A stretch of 34,481 bases of DNA, from positions 1 through 34,481 of the forward strand of contig CAYGMX010000001.1 in assembly GCA_964351055.1 (NCBI GenBank), in the 5' to 3' direction. Source of the stretch: an uncultured Loktanella sp. (GTDB lineage Bacteria > Pseudomonadota > Alphaproteobacteria > Rhodobacterales > Rhodobacteraceae). Shown piece after piece: positions 1 through 9,656 of this stretch (positions are counted from its first letter, which is position 1; every line of letters starts with the position of its first letter). Position numbers and translations under genes: made by a program. The notes beneath the pieces are model-generated. The model was not told the origin of the DNA, did not search any database, and worked only from the letters and a program-made list of their open reading frames with translations.

Positions 1-819
1 GGCCAGCCCCGTGTGAAAGGAAGCCCCGCCGGTTTCGAAGCTGTGGGCGAGGTTGTTGCCGGTGACACACCGCTCTTGGGGCAGCGGGCCAGCTTTTTTG
101 CGACCACATCGGGGGCATGGGCGGAATATGCGTTGGCGGATGCGGCCAATCTTGTACCCTGCCGCCCTGACCTGGGCGATGTTGATGCCGCCGGACAGTT
201 GGTCAACCCGCTGACCGCGATTGCCATGTTCGATCTGGTCAAGGAAAGCCGCGCAGACAGCTTTGTTCTGAACGCGGCAGGGTCGCAGTTGGGCAAGCTC
301 TTGATCACGCTTGGCAAGGATCAGGGGGTCGCCCCGATTGCGGTAGTCAGGCGCGCAGAACAGGCAGCGGCACTGCGGAAACTGGGAGCGGCGGAGGTCA
401 TTGTCAGCACAGCAGCCGATGCGAAAGAACAGGCAAAAGCCGCATTCAAGGCGCTGCAACCACGTGTGCTTCTTGATGCGGTGGGGGACCAGTTCACCGC
501 TGATCTTTTCTTTGCGATGCCAAACCATGCGCGCTGGGTGAATTACGGCAAGCTGTCCACTCAAGCGCCGCAACTGACACAGCTGGGGCAATTGATTTTC
601 CTCAACAAGCGGATCGAAGGCTTTTGGCTGACCCGATGGATCAAACAGGCTGGCCATGACAGGGTGCGTGAGGGATTTGTGCAGATACAGGACAGGTTTG
701 TGAGCGGAGACTGGAAAACCGATGTTGCGGGAGTCGTCCCGCTGTCCCAAACGATGGCGCAACTGCCCGAGGTTCTGGCCATTCCCGATGGTAAGGCGTT
801 CATTGATCCCCGACAATGA
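1..819 (+). CDS. Zinc-binding dehydrogenase / MDR-family NAD(P)H oxidoreductase, 5'-truncated by the window edge
   Basis: Frame is open from base 1 (GQPRVKGSPAGFEAVG). MDR-type GxE, VNPLTA and nucleotide-binding NAAGSQLG motifs; stop TGA at 817-819. Confidence 0.8.
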   Translation, partial: GQPRVKGSPAGFEAVGEVVAGDTPLLGQRASFFATTSGAWAEYALADAANLVPCRPDLGDVDAAGQLVNPLTAIAMFDLVKESRADSFVLNAAGSQLGKLLITLGKDQGVAPIAVVRRAEQAAALRKLGAAEVIVSTAADAKEQAKAAFKALQPRVLLDAVGDQFTADLFFAMPNHARWVNYGKLSTQAPQLTQLGQLIFLNKRIEGFWLTRWIKQAGHDRVREGFVQIQDRFVSGDWKTDVAGVVPLSQTMAQLPEVLAIPDGKAFIDPRQ

Positions 820-918
820 AGTCGGTGCATTCTTGCCACTTGGACAGCATCGCCGGATTTCAACGGTTGCGGACCCTTCGCAAATCCGCGACACGGGCCG
901 CTGCTTGCAAGCGAATTG

Positions 919-947
919 TTGAAAAACGCGACTTTCGTTGCTACTTT
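919..947 (+). promoter_or_regulatory. Putative sigma70 promoter for rsfS-rlmH
   Basis: TTGAAA (919-924), 17-bp spacer, TACTTT (942-947), with extended -10 TG at 939-940. Perfect palindrome GCTTGCAAGC at 903-912 just upstream. Confidence 0.5.
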
Positions 948-1052
948 CCGGATATGCCCCGCGTCGGGGCCATGACGGCGCTACTCAAGGAGGACAATGA
1001 ACTGTCTTTTTTCACTGCGGCTGAAGCATCAGCCAATATCGGAGCAACACCA

Positions 1053-1409
1053 ATGAATGCTCCGCAAACTGCGACCAGCGAACGCCTTCTCGCGGCTGTT
1101 CTCAAATCTCTTGATGATGATAAGGGCGAAGATGTTGTGCAGATCAATCTGCGCGGCAAGTCCGAGATGGGCGACTATATGGTCATCGCATCCGGTCGTT
1201 CGACCCGCCAGGTCACGGCGATGGCTGAAAAGCTGGCCGACAAGATCAAACAGGATTTCGGGATCATTTCCAAGACCGAAGGCAAGGATACCGGCGATTG
1301 GGTTCTGATCGATACTGGCGATGTGATCGTGCATATCTTCCGGCCCGAAGTGCGCGAATTCTATCAGCTTGAAAAGATGTGGCAGCCCGGGGTTGCGACC
1401 GCCAGCTGA
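1053..1409 (+). CDS. rsfS: Ribosome silencing factor RsfS (Iojap family)
   Basis: Motifs DDKGEDVV, DYMVIASGRSTRQV, DWVLIDTGDVIVHIFRPEVREFYQLEKMW. ATG 1053 has GGAG 8 nt upstream; an in-frame CTG at 1002 is an alternative start. Confidence 0.95.
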   Translation: MNAPQTATSERLLAAVLKSLDDDKGEDVVQINLRGKSEMGDYMVIASGRSTRQVTAMAEKLADKIKQDFGIISKTEGKDTGDWVLIDTGDVIVHIFRPEVREFYQLEKMWQPGVATAS

Positions 1410-1879
1410 TGCGGGTCCAGATTTGCGCTGTGGGCCGCTTGCGCAAAGGCCCGGAGCGTGACCTGTACGACGACTACCTCCTCCGGTTCGACCGGACGGG
1501 GCGGGCCTTGGCCCTTGGCCCCGCGCAACTTATCGAAGTCGAAGACAAGAAAAACGGTGGTATGGGCGCAGAGGCGCTCTTGCTCGGGCGGGCGGTCCCC
1601 GATGGCGCGCTGGTCTGCACGATGGACGAACGCGGCAAGGTGATGAGTTCGCCGGAGTTTGCGCAGCTTTTGGCCACATGGCGCGATCAGGGGCGGCAGG
1701 ATGTCAGCTTTGTGATTGGCGGCGCCGATGGCCTTGATCCCGATTTCCGCGCAGGTGCCGATGCCGCGCTCAGTTTCGGTGCGATGGTCTGGCCTCATAT
1801 GCTGGTGCGTGTCATGCTGGCCGAGCAGCTTTACCGTGCCGCCTCCATACTGGCCGGAGGTCCGTATCATCGGGAATAG
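1409..1879 (+). CDS. rlmH: 23S rRNA (pseudouridine1915-N3)-methyltransferase RlmH
   Basis: AVGRL N-terminus, DERGK, FVIGGADG, WPHMLVRVMLAEQLYRA and PYHRE motifs; TGATG overlap with rsfS. Confidence 0.95.
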   Translation: MRVQICAVGRLRKGPERDLYDDYLLRFDRTGRALALGPAQLIEVEDKKNGGMGAEALLLGRAVPDGALVCTMDERGKVMSSPEFAQLLATWRDQGRQDVSFVIGGADGLDPDFRAGADAALSFGAMVWPHMLVRVMLAEQLYRAASILAGGPYHRE

Positions 1880-1902
1880 GCCCCTCGCGGGGGTGTATTT
1901 TT
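1880..1902 (+). terminator. Weak GC hairpin with T-tract after rlmH
   Basis: GCCCCT-CGC-GGGGGT stem (two G-U pairs) followed by GTATTTTT. Confidence 0.25.
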
Positions 1903-1980
1903 GGCAAAATGATAAAGCGGTCTGTTTCTTTGATGCTGCGGCTGGGTTAAACAGCAACCAAATCCGGAGAGGACCAAGAC

Positions 1981-3495
1981 ATGCCTGTGCCTAAACCCGT
2001 TGTTCTGTGCATCCTTGATGGCTGGGGCCTTCGGGATACAGTCGAGGGGAATGCGCCCAAACAGGCCCATACCCCTCATTTCGACGCGGTCATGCAAGGA
2101 CCGCATGCGCAGCTTTTAACCCATGGCCGCGATGCTGGGCTGCCCAGAGGTCAGATGGGCAATTCCGAAGTGGGCCACACCAATATCGGTGCGGGCCGCG
2201 TTGTCGCCATGGATCTGGGCCAGATTGATCTGTCGATCGAGGACGGATCGTTCTTTACGGCTGATGCGCTGGTCCGGTTCATCGACAAGATGAAGGCCAG
2301 CGGCGGCACGGCGCATTTGCTGGGTGTGGTGTCGGACGGTGGCGTGCACGGGCACCTTGACCATATGATTGCTGCGGCCAAAGTCATCACAGATGCCGGC
2401 GTTCCTGTCGCTGTGCACGCGATCACGGATGGCCGCGATGTGGCACCATCCTCTGCGTCTGCTTTCATGGCGGCATTGCAGGCGGGCCTGCCTGCCAATG
2501 CCAAGATCGTCACCGTGACCGGCCGCTATTACGCGATGGATCGCGATAATCGCTGGGAACGGGTCGAAACCGCCTATGACGCGATCGTTAAAGGCAAAGG
2601 CGGGCACGCCGCGACACCGGAGGCCGCGATTACGGCATCCTATGCCAATGGCAAGACCGACGAATTCATCCCAGCAACGATTGTTGGCGATTATGCGGGC
2701 CTCGCGGTGGGGGACGGATTGTTCTGTCTGAATTTCCGGTCCGACCGCGCCCGAGAAATACTTGCCGCCATCGCCGATCCTGATTTCGACGGCTTTGCCC
2801 GCGACAAAGCCAACCTTGTGGCTTTGTTAGGCATGGTCACCTATTCCGATAGGCACGATACGTGGTTTGATACGGTTTTTCCCAAGCGCGATATCCAGAA
2901 CACATTGGGTGCGTGGGTCGCGCGACACGGCTTACGCCAGTTTCGTCTGGCCGAGACTGAAAAATACCCTCACGTGACCTTTTTCCTCAATGGCGGGATC
3001 GAGGTGCCGGAGAAAGGCGAGGACCGCTATATGGCGCCGTCGCCAAAGGTGGCAACCTATGACATGCAGCCGGAAATGTCGGCCGCCGAAGTGACTGAAC
3101 ATTTCGTGAAGGCGATTGAAGCCGGCTATGACCTGATTGTCACCAACTATGCCAACCCCGATATGGTCGGCCATACCGGTGATCTGGCGGCAGGGATCAA
3201 AGCTTGCGAGGCCGTCGATGACGGCTTGGGGCAAGTGCTTGCGGCACTCAAGAAAGCGGGCGGTGCCATGATAGTGACCGCAGACCACGGCAATTGCGAA
3301 ACAATGATTGATCCCGAAACAGGCGGGCCACACACGGCGCATACGCTGAACCCCGTTCCGGTTGCCTTGGTCGGGGGTCCTGCGGGAGCACGGCTGCGGG
3401 ATGGCCGCCTTGCCGATCTTGCACCGACACTGCTTGATCTGATGGGCTTGGCGCTTCCACCCGAAATGACCGGCAGGAGCTTGATTGTCTCATGA
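1981..3495 (+). CDS. gpmI: 2,3-bisphosphoglycerate-independent phosphoglycerate mutase
   Basis: PVVLCILDGWG, MGNSEVGH (catalytic Ser), SDGGVH, AETEKYPHVT, NPDMVGHTG and TADHGN motifs; RBS GGAGAGG upstream. Confidence 0.97.
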   Translation: MPVPKPVVLCILDGWGLRDTVEGNAPKQAHTPHFDAVMQGPHAQLLTHGRDAGLPRGQMGNSEVGHTNIGAGRVVAMDLGQIDLSIEDGSFFTADALVRFIDKMKASGGTAHLLGVVSDGGVHGHLDHMIAAAKVITDAGVPVAVHAITDGRDVAPSSASAFMAALQAGLPANAKIVTVTGRYYAMDRDNRWERVETAYDAIVKGKGGHAATPEAAITASYANGKTDEFIPATIVGDYAGLAVGDGLFCLNFRSDRAREILAAIADPDFDGFARDKANLVALLGMVTYSDRHDTWFDTVFPKRDIQNTLGAWVARHGLRQFRLAETEKYPHVTFFLNGGIEVPEKGEDRYMAPSPKVATYDMQPEMSAAEVTEHFVKAIEAGYDLIVTNYANPDMVGHTGDLAAGIKACEAVDDGLGQVLAALKKAGGAMIVTADHGNCETMIDPETGGPHTAHTLNPVPVALVGGPAGARLRDGRLADLAPTLLDLMGLALPPEMTGRSLIVS

Positions 3496-4565
3496 TCCGG
3501 CTCTTGGCATGTCTTGTTCTGCTCGGCCTGCCCGCGCAGGCACAACAGACGGCGCAGGATGCCGCGCGCCAGTTGCAGTCCGCCCAAGAACAGCTGGCTG
3601 CAGCCGAAAGCGCGCGCGACCGCGTTGCGGCCCTGACGCAGACGGTACAGGCCTATGAGGCAGGGCTTGCTGTCCTGCGCGAGGGGCAACGCGAGATCGC
3701 GTTGCAAGAAGCGATCCTTGCGGATGAACTTGCCCTGCGGCGCGAGGAATTGGCGCAACTGCTTGGCGTGCTTTCCGCAATCAGCACCACGCCGCAACCG
3801 GTCCTTCGATCAGGGCCGCTGGGTCCGTTGAGCACGGTCAGGGCCGGGATGCTGGTGGCTGATGTGACACCGGGGTTAGAGGCGGAGGTGGCCGAGGTGA
3901 CCGCGCTCTTGAGCGAAACGCGCGCCTTGAAAGACGCTCAGGTTACCGCAGCGCAGACCCTTGTCGATGGCTTGCAGGGCGCGCAGACCGCGCGGGCCGC
4001 TTTGGGGCAAGCGTTGTCCGGACGCACCGATTTGCCAGCCCGATTTGAAGAGGACTCTGTGCAGACGGCACTTTTGGTGGCCAGTGCCGAGACTTTGGGC
4101 GAGTTCGCCGCACAAGTCGCAGAGACTCGGCCCGAGGAAACAACGGCGCTGACCGCGCAAGGCAATCTGCCCTTGCCTGTTGATGGGCTGGTTCTGCCGG
4201 ATGACGGCAGCGGGCGCGATGGCGTGCGCATCGGTGCTATGCCGCGCGCCTTGGTGACAACGCCTGTGCCTGCGACGATCCTCTTTCAGGGTCCGCTTTT
4301 GGACTATGGAACGGTGGTGATCCTTGAACCCGCAGCAGACGTCCTATTTGTTATGGCAGGGTTTGCCGAAGTCTTTGGCCAAACCGGACAAGTGCTTCCC
4401 GCCGGTACCCCGATCGGGCTTTTGGGGGTGCCGCAGGGGTATGATGACGGTATTTTGACTGAAAATGCTGGCTTTGAGACGGGACAACCGGTGCAAGCCC
4501 TTTATCTTGAAGTCAGACAGGGGCAGACTCCTGTTCACCCCGATGCGTGGTTTGCGCTGGAGTAG
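3492..4565 (+). CDS. envC: Murein hydrolase activator, EnvC family (coiled coil + degenerate M23/LytM domain)
   Basis: Signal peptide, long Ala/Gln coiled coil, C-terminal LPLPVDG..GVRI..YGTVVIL..LYLEVR..PVHP fold lacking the Zn-binding His residues; gpmI-envC-ctpA synteny. Confidence 0.8.
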   Translation: MIRLLACLVLLGLPAQAQQTAQDAARQLQSAQEQLAAAESARDRVAALTQTVQAYEAGLAVLREGQREIALQEAILADELALRREELAQLLGVLSAISTTPQPVLRSGPLGPLSTVRAGMLVADVTPGLEAEVAEVTALLSETRALKDAQVTAAQTLVDGLQGAQTARAALGQALSGRTDLPARFEEDSVQTALLVASAETLGEFAAQVAETRPEETTALTAQGNLPLPVDGLVLPDDGSGRDGVRIGAMPRALVTTPVPATILFQGPLLDYGTVVILEPAADVLFVMAGFAEVFGQTGQVLPAGTPIGLLGVPQGYDDGILTENAGFETGQPVQALYLEVRQGQTPVHPDAWFALE

Positions 4566-4578
4566 GTAAGGAAACGCG

Positions 4579-5922
4579 ATGAAAAAGATTATGTTGGCGG
4601 CTGCTGGTGGTGCCGTGCTTGGATTGGTGGCCACGACCCAACTGGCGGGTCCGCTACTGGCGCAAGAAACCAAATCAAGCACAAGCGTCTACGAGCAACT
4701 GGACCTTTTTGGAGATATCTTCGAAAGAATCCGTTCCAACTATGTGGAAGAAGTGGATGATGCCGCCTTGATCGAGGCTGCCATCAACGGGATGCTGACA
4801 TCGCTTGATCCGCATTCCAGCTATCTGTCACCTGAAGCAGCCCAGCGTATGCGGGTCAGTACATCAGGTGAATTCGGTGGTCTGGGGATCGAAGTGACGC
4901 AGGAAGAAGGCTGGGTCAAGGTTGTCTCGCCCATGGATGGAACCCCCGCAGACGCGGCCGGTATCCTTTCAGGCGATTTCATCACGGCGGTCGACGGTGA
5001 AAGCGTCTTGGGGCTGACTTTGGACGAGGCCGTACAGATGATGCGCGGCCCAGTCGGGGCCGAGATCATTGTGACAATCGTCCGCGAAGGCGAGATGGAA
5101 CCCTTTGATGTTTCGATCATCCGCGACACCATCAAGTTGACCGCCGTGCGCAGCCGGACAGAGGGAAATGCTGTCGTGCTGCGGGTGACCACATTCAACG
5201 AACAGACATTCTCGAACCTGCGTGACGGTCTGGCCGAGCAGATCGAGGCCGCTGGCGGCATCGAGAATATCGATGGTGTCGTTCTGGACCTGCGCAACAA
5301 TCCGGGCGGGCTGCTTAATCAGGCGGTCTATGTGTCGGATGCTTTCCTTGATGCGGGCGAGATCGTTTCGACCCGCGGGCGCGAGCCTGCGGATGGCGAC
5401 CGGTTCAACGCGACACCCGGTGATCTTGCCGAAGGCAAGCCTGTGGTCGTCTTGATCAATGGCGGTTCCGCCTCTGCATCCGAAATTGTTGCGGGCGCCC
5501 TGCAGGACCACCGCCGCGGCATTGTTATCGGGACAAATTCGTTCGGCAAAGGGTCCGTCCAAACGGTGGTGCCACTCAGCCAGGATGGCGCGATGCGGCT
5601 GACAACGGCGCGCTATTACACGCCGTCGGGCCGGTCGATACAATCACTGGGCATTTCGCCAGACATCATCGTCGAACAACCGCGACCAAATCCTGCGGAT
5701 GAAACAGAGACCGAAGAAAGCTCTGAGCGGACCGAAGCAGGACTGCGCGGTTCGCTCGAGAACGACAGCCTGACCGAGGATGAAATCCGCCAGATCGAGG
5801 AAGACCGCGCCCGTGCCGAAGCTGCCGCTGCATTGCGCGAGGATGACTATCAACTGGCTTATGCCATTGATATCCTCAAGGGGCTGAATGCGCTTGGGCC
5901 AACCCGATTGACCGACAACTAA
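4579..5922 (+). CDS. ctpA: S41 family C-terminal processing protease
   Basis: Signal peptide, LDPHSSY, PDZ motif GGLGI, DLRNNPGG, SASASEIVAGALQD (catalytic Ser), FGKGSVQ (Lys), DYQL tail. Confidence 0.95.
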   Translation: MKKIMLAAAGGAVLGLVATTQLAGPLLAQETKSSTSVYEQLDLFGDIFERIRSNYVEEVDDAALIEAAINGMLTSLDPHSSYLSPEAAQRMRVSTSGEFGGLGIEVTQEEGWVKVVSPMDGTPADAAGILSGDFITAVDGESVLGLTLDEAVQMMRGPVGAEIIVTIVREGEMEPFDVSIIRDTIKLTAVRSRTEGNAVVLRVTTFNEQTFSNLRDGLAEQIEAAGGIENIDGVVLDLRNNPGGLLNQAVYVSDAFLDAGEIVSTRGREPADGDRFNATPGDLAEGKPVVVLINGGSASASEIVAGALQDHRRGIVIGTNSFGKGSVQTVVPLSQDGAMRLTTARYYTPSGRSIQSLGISPDIIVEQPRPNPADETETEESSERTEAGLRGSLENDSLTEDEIRQIEEDRARAEAAAALREDDYQLAYAIDILKGLNALGPTRLTDN

Positions 5923-6212
5923 GTCAGCGAGACTGAATTTGTGCCAAACTTGCTCTGACCAGAAGACTGGTCAGGCAGCAAAGCAATGCGTCGGTTGGCA
6001 ACATGATCGTTTACGGTACCGCTATGCGCGCGTTGCCTTGCGTGCGTATTCATAACTTGTGGTAAAGGCCATATTCCTGAATATTTTCCAAGGCAATCCG
6101 AAGTGAAACGTGTATACGTCTGATCAAATTCATTGAGAGGTCAGCATCATGTCGAGTCAGATTGCTGAAGTGCTGGTTTCTTAAAGAACTCTAGGAACCA
6201 GATACTTCAGCC

Positions 6213-7127
6213 ATGCTTATTCTGCGCGCTATCCCGTTGTCGTTTGCAATCTTGCTGCCAAGGATCCTGTTGGTTCCGTTCTTCGTGATCGCATATGCGT
6301 TGGCCGGCCTCGCAATAAGTGTGTTCTCGGCATTGCTGATGATCGTGTCGCCGGTCATTGGCTATATCGCTGCGTTCCTGCTGGCTTTGGCAATGATGTC
6401 TTTTCCAATGATGATCGGCATCCGCCTTGGGTTCAATCAGCGCCAACACAATGTGACCGGTGGCTATGGTGGTCTTATTGTGCCCGCCATGATCTATGGA
6501 TTTATAGAGGGTGCGGGCGTTGTCTTGATAACCATTCTGGGAAGCGTGATCGTCATAGGGCTTTCGCCGGATATGTCGCTTGCCGATCTTGGGGATACGA
6601 TGACTGTTGCAGACGGATCAGCAGCAGAGCGCGCATTAGAAGCCGGCGATGCAAGTGCAATCGTGATATTCCTTCTTGGTTTGCTGGCCATTTCCGCATT
6701 GCGCGCCGCACTCTTGGTTCCACTTGCCGGTGCCGCAGCGGGGCGCGACGCAAACGGGCAATTCCACACCCCGCTTGTTGGATTTGGGGTCGGCCTGTTG
6801 CCGCTGACAGCATTGGTTATCTTGTCATATATCGCTTTGCCACTGATCGTTCTGGCCAGTGTCACGGTCGTCAGCTTTTTCGGTCCAATCGACGGACTCA
6901 GTAGCGTTGCCCAGCCTGATCTGCGCAGCTTGGGATGGTCAGATTTTTTGCTGCTTGCATGCATATGGGTGGGCTGGATCTGGATTTTCTGCCTTCAGTG
7001 TGCCGGTGGCGTGCTGTGCTACCTACGCCAGCGTGACGGCTATATCGCGCAAAAAGCGCAAGCACCCGCTGCGGCCCGCATGGACGCTGTGGACGCCCGC
7101 GCGCTGTGGAAAAGCAGAATGAAGTGA
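6213..7127 (+). CDS. Hypothetical polytopic membrane protein
   Basis: 304 aa with about 6-7 hydrophobic segments; no recognised motif. Confidence 0.7.
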   Translation: MLILRAIPLSFAILLPRILLVPFFVIAYALAGLAISVFSALLMIVSPVIGYIAAFLLALAMMSFPMMIGIRLGFNQRQHNVTGGYGGLIVPAMIYGFIEGAGVVLITILGSVIVIGLSPDMSLADLGDTMTVADGSAAERALEAGDASAIVIFLLGLLAISALRAALLVPLAGAAAGRDANGQFHTPLVGFGVGLLPLTALVILSYIALPLIVLASVTVVSFFGPIDGLSSVAQPDLRSLGWSDFLLLACIWVGWIWIFCLQCAGGVLCYLRQRDGYIAQKAQAPAAARMDAVDARALWKSRMK

Positions 7128-7194
7128 TCGGGCGGCGTTCTTGGCGCCAAGAAACACTCGTCAACAGATGCATGTCGTCCGTACAACAGAAATT

Positions 7195-9639
7195 TCAAAC
7201 CTTAGCGCGTTCCCCGGTTGGGTCATAGAACGGCTTCAACTGCGCTTCGGCTTTGACCCGCGTGCCCATCACGTCAATCTCGAAAGTGCTGGCCAGAAGG
7301 TCGGCCACGCTTTCCCCCTTGCAAGGCACATAGCCCATGCCAAGCGCGCCGCCCACATGATGCCCGTACCCGCCTGATGTCAGATGCCCGACAACCTTTC
7401 CATCCCGCAGTACGGGTTCGTTGTGGTACAAGAGCGGTTCGGTGTCGGACAGTTTGAACTGCATCAAGCGCCGGTCCAGCCCAGCGTCGCGCTTGCGCAG
7501 CACGGCGTCGCGGCCGATAAAGGCGGGCTTGTCGGTTTTCACGGCAAAACCCAGCCCCGCTTCCAGCACGTGATCCTCTGATGTGATGTCATGCCCGAAA
7601 TGGCGGAAGCCTTTTTCCATACGGGCGGCATCCATCATGTGCATGCCGCAGAGCTTCAGCCCCATGTCCTGGCCAGCCGCATGCAGCACTTCGAACACAT
7701 GGCCCGCCATATCGGCAGAGGTATAAACCTCCCAGCCCAGCTCGCCCACGTAGGTTACGCGGTGGACACGGGCCAGCCCCATGCCGATCTCGATCTCTTG
7801 CGCGGTCCCGAACGGGTTGGCAGTGTTCGAGAAATCTGCGGGGGACACCTTTTCCAACAGCTTGCGGCTGTTTGGTCCCATGACAGCAAGCACGCCTTCG
7901 CCTGCCGTCACATCGGTGACGACCACGTTGAAATCGCCCTGATTGCGCTGCATCCAGACCTGATCGGCCAGCCGTGTCGCCGCAGGGGTGACGACCAGAT
8001 AAGCAGTCTCGGACAAGCGGGTGACGGTCACATCCGCCTCGATGCCCGCATGGGTGTTCAGGAACTGGGTATAGACGATCTTGCCCACAGGCACGTCATA
8101 GTCGCCGCCGCCGATGTGGTTCAGGAAGGCGGTGGCATCGCGCCCCTCGACGCGGATTTTGCCAAAGGATGACATGTCATACATGCCCACATTGGTACGG
8201 ATCGCGTTCAGCTCTGCCGCGACATTGCCAAAGAAATTCTGCCGCTTCCATGAATATTCATATTCCTGCATCTGCCCCACATTGGCGTACCAATTGGCGC
8301 GTTCCCAGCCCGCCAGTTCGCCCATGACAGCGCCGTGGTTGAGCAGGTGTTGATGGAAGGGCGTGCGCCTGATCCCGCGCGCGGTGGCCTTCTGGCGGTA
8401 CGGGAAATGATCGGCATAAAGCAGACCCAGCGTTTCCTTGGACCGTTCGAACAGGTAGGTTTTGTTCCCCTGAAACGGTTGCATCCGGCTGATATCCACA
8501 TCGCCCAGATCGAAGGGTTTCTCGCCCGCGTCCATCCACTGCGACAGGGCCATGCCCGCGCCGCCGGCGGACTGGATGCCGATCGAATTGAAACCGGCGG
8601 CGACCCAGACGTTGTCCATCTCGGGGGCCAGCCCAAGGTGATAGGCGTCATCGGGGGTAAAGCTTTCGGGGCCGTTGAAGAAGGTATGAATCCCCGCCTC
8701 GGCCAGCATCGGCAGACGATTGACCGCAGCTTCAAGGATTGGCTCGAAATGGTCGAAATCCTCGGGGAGTTGGTCGAATTCGAAACCCTCGGGGATGCCA
8801 GCCATGCCCCAGGGTTTGGCGTTTGGCTCGAACGCGCCCAGCAGGTATTTGCCTGCGTCCTCTTTGTAATAGGCACATTCATCCGGCACGCGCAGGACGG
8901 GCATCTGGGTCAGGCCGGGGATCGGCTCTGTCACGATATAGAAATGCTCGCAGGCGTGCAGCGGCACGTTCACGCCCGCCATGCGGCCCACCTCATGCCC
9001 CCACATGCCAGCGCAGTTCACAACCATATCGCAAGTGATGGAGCCGCTCTCGGTCTCGGTCTGCCAGTCCACCGATGTAACCCTGCGGCCATTGCGGTTG
9101 ATCGCCGTCACCTTGGTTCGCTCGGCCACGACCGCCCCGCGCTGGCGTGCGCCTTTTGCCAAGGCAAGCGCGATATTGGCAGGGTCGCCTTGCCCGTCGC
9201 GGGGCAGATAAACGCCGCCTGTGACCCCGTCGATGTTCAAGTGTTCATAGCGGGCTTGCACCTCTGCGGGCGAAATCTCTTCGACCTCGACACCAAAGGC
9301 ACGGGCCATTGCCGCACCGCGATAGATTTCCTCGCGGCGGTCTTCGGTCAGGGCGACGGTAATGGACCCCACCCGTTTGAACCCCGTTGCAACGCCTGTT
9401 TCCTCTTCCAGACTGCCGTAAAGTTCCTGACTGTATTTGGCGAGCTTGGTCATATTCGCCGTGGCGCGCAACTGCCCGATCAGCCCTGCCGCATGCCACG
9501 TTGTGCCGGATGTCAGCTGCTTGCGTTCCAGCAGTACCACATCTTTCCAGCCCAGTTTGGTCAGGTGATAGGCGACGGAACAACCGATAACGCCACCACC
9601 GATGATGACAACGCGGGCCTGAGTAGGAAGATCTGCCAT
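7195..9639 (-). CDS. FAD-dependent oxidoreductase with GcvT (folate-binding) domain, sarcosine dehydrogenase-like
   Basis: GxGxxG (IIGGGVIG), LTSGTTWHAAG flavinylation motif, NGPESFTPD, GWER, DMSSFGK, RVTYVGELGWE and RMEKGFRHFGHD motifs. Confidence 0.9.
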   Translation of the reverse strand: MADLPTQARVVIIGGGVIGCSVAYHLTKLGWKDVVLLERKQLTSGTTWHAAGLIGQLRATANMTKLAKYSQELYGSLEEETGVATGFKRVGSITVALTEDRREEIYRGAAMARAFGVEVEEISPAEVQARYEHLNIDGVTGGVYLPRDGQGDPANIALALAKGARQRGAVVAERTKVTAINRNGRRVTSVDWQTETESGSITCDMVVNCAGMWGHEVGRMAGVNVPLHACEHFYIVTEPIPGLTQMPVLRVPDECAYYKEDAGKYLLGAFEPNAKPWGMAGIPEGFEFDQLPEDFDHFEPILEAAVNRLPMLAEAGIHTFFNGPESFTPDDAYHLGLAPEMDNVWVAAGFNSIGIQSAGGAGMALSQWMDAGEKPFDLGDVDISRMQPFQGNKTYLFERSKETLGLLYADHFPYRQKATARGIRRTPFHQHLLNHGAVMGELAGWERANWYANVGQMQEYEYSWKRQNFFGNVAAELNAIRTNVGMYDMSSFGKIRVEGRDATAFLNHIGGGDYDVPVGKIVYTQFLNTHAGIEADVTVTRLSETAYLVVTPAATRLADQVWMQRNQGDFNVVVTDVTAGEGVLAVMGPNSRKLLEKVSPADFSNTANPFGTAQEIEIGMGLARVHRVTYVGELGWEVYTSADMAGHVFEVLHAAGQDMGLKLCGMHMMDAARMEKGFRHFGHDITSEDHVLEAGLGFAVKTDKPAFIGRDAVLRKRDAGLDRRLMQFKLSDTEPLLYHNEPVLRDGKVVGHLTSGGYGHHVGGALGMGYVPCKGESVADLLASTFEIDVMGTRVKAEAQLKPFYDPTGERAKV

Positions 9640-9656
9640 GGGAGCGTTCCTTTGGT

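Noticed and set aside
816-1001. Long N-terminal extension of RsfS from ATG 816
   Set aside because: It spans the predicted promoter and is not RsfS-like; better starts exist at 1002 and 1053.
3492-4565. Missing Zn-binding residues in the M23 domain as a sign of pseudogenisation
   Set aside because: A catalytically dead LytM domain is the normal state of EnvC-type activators.
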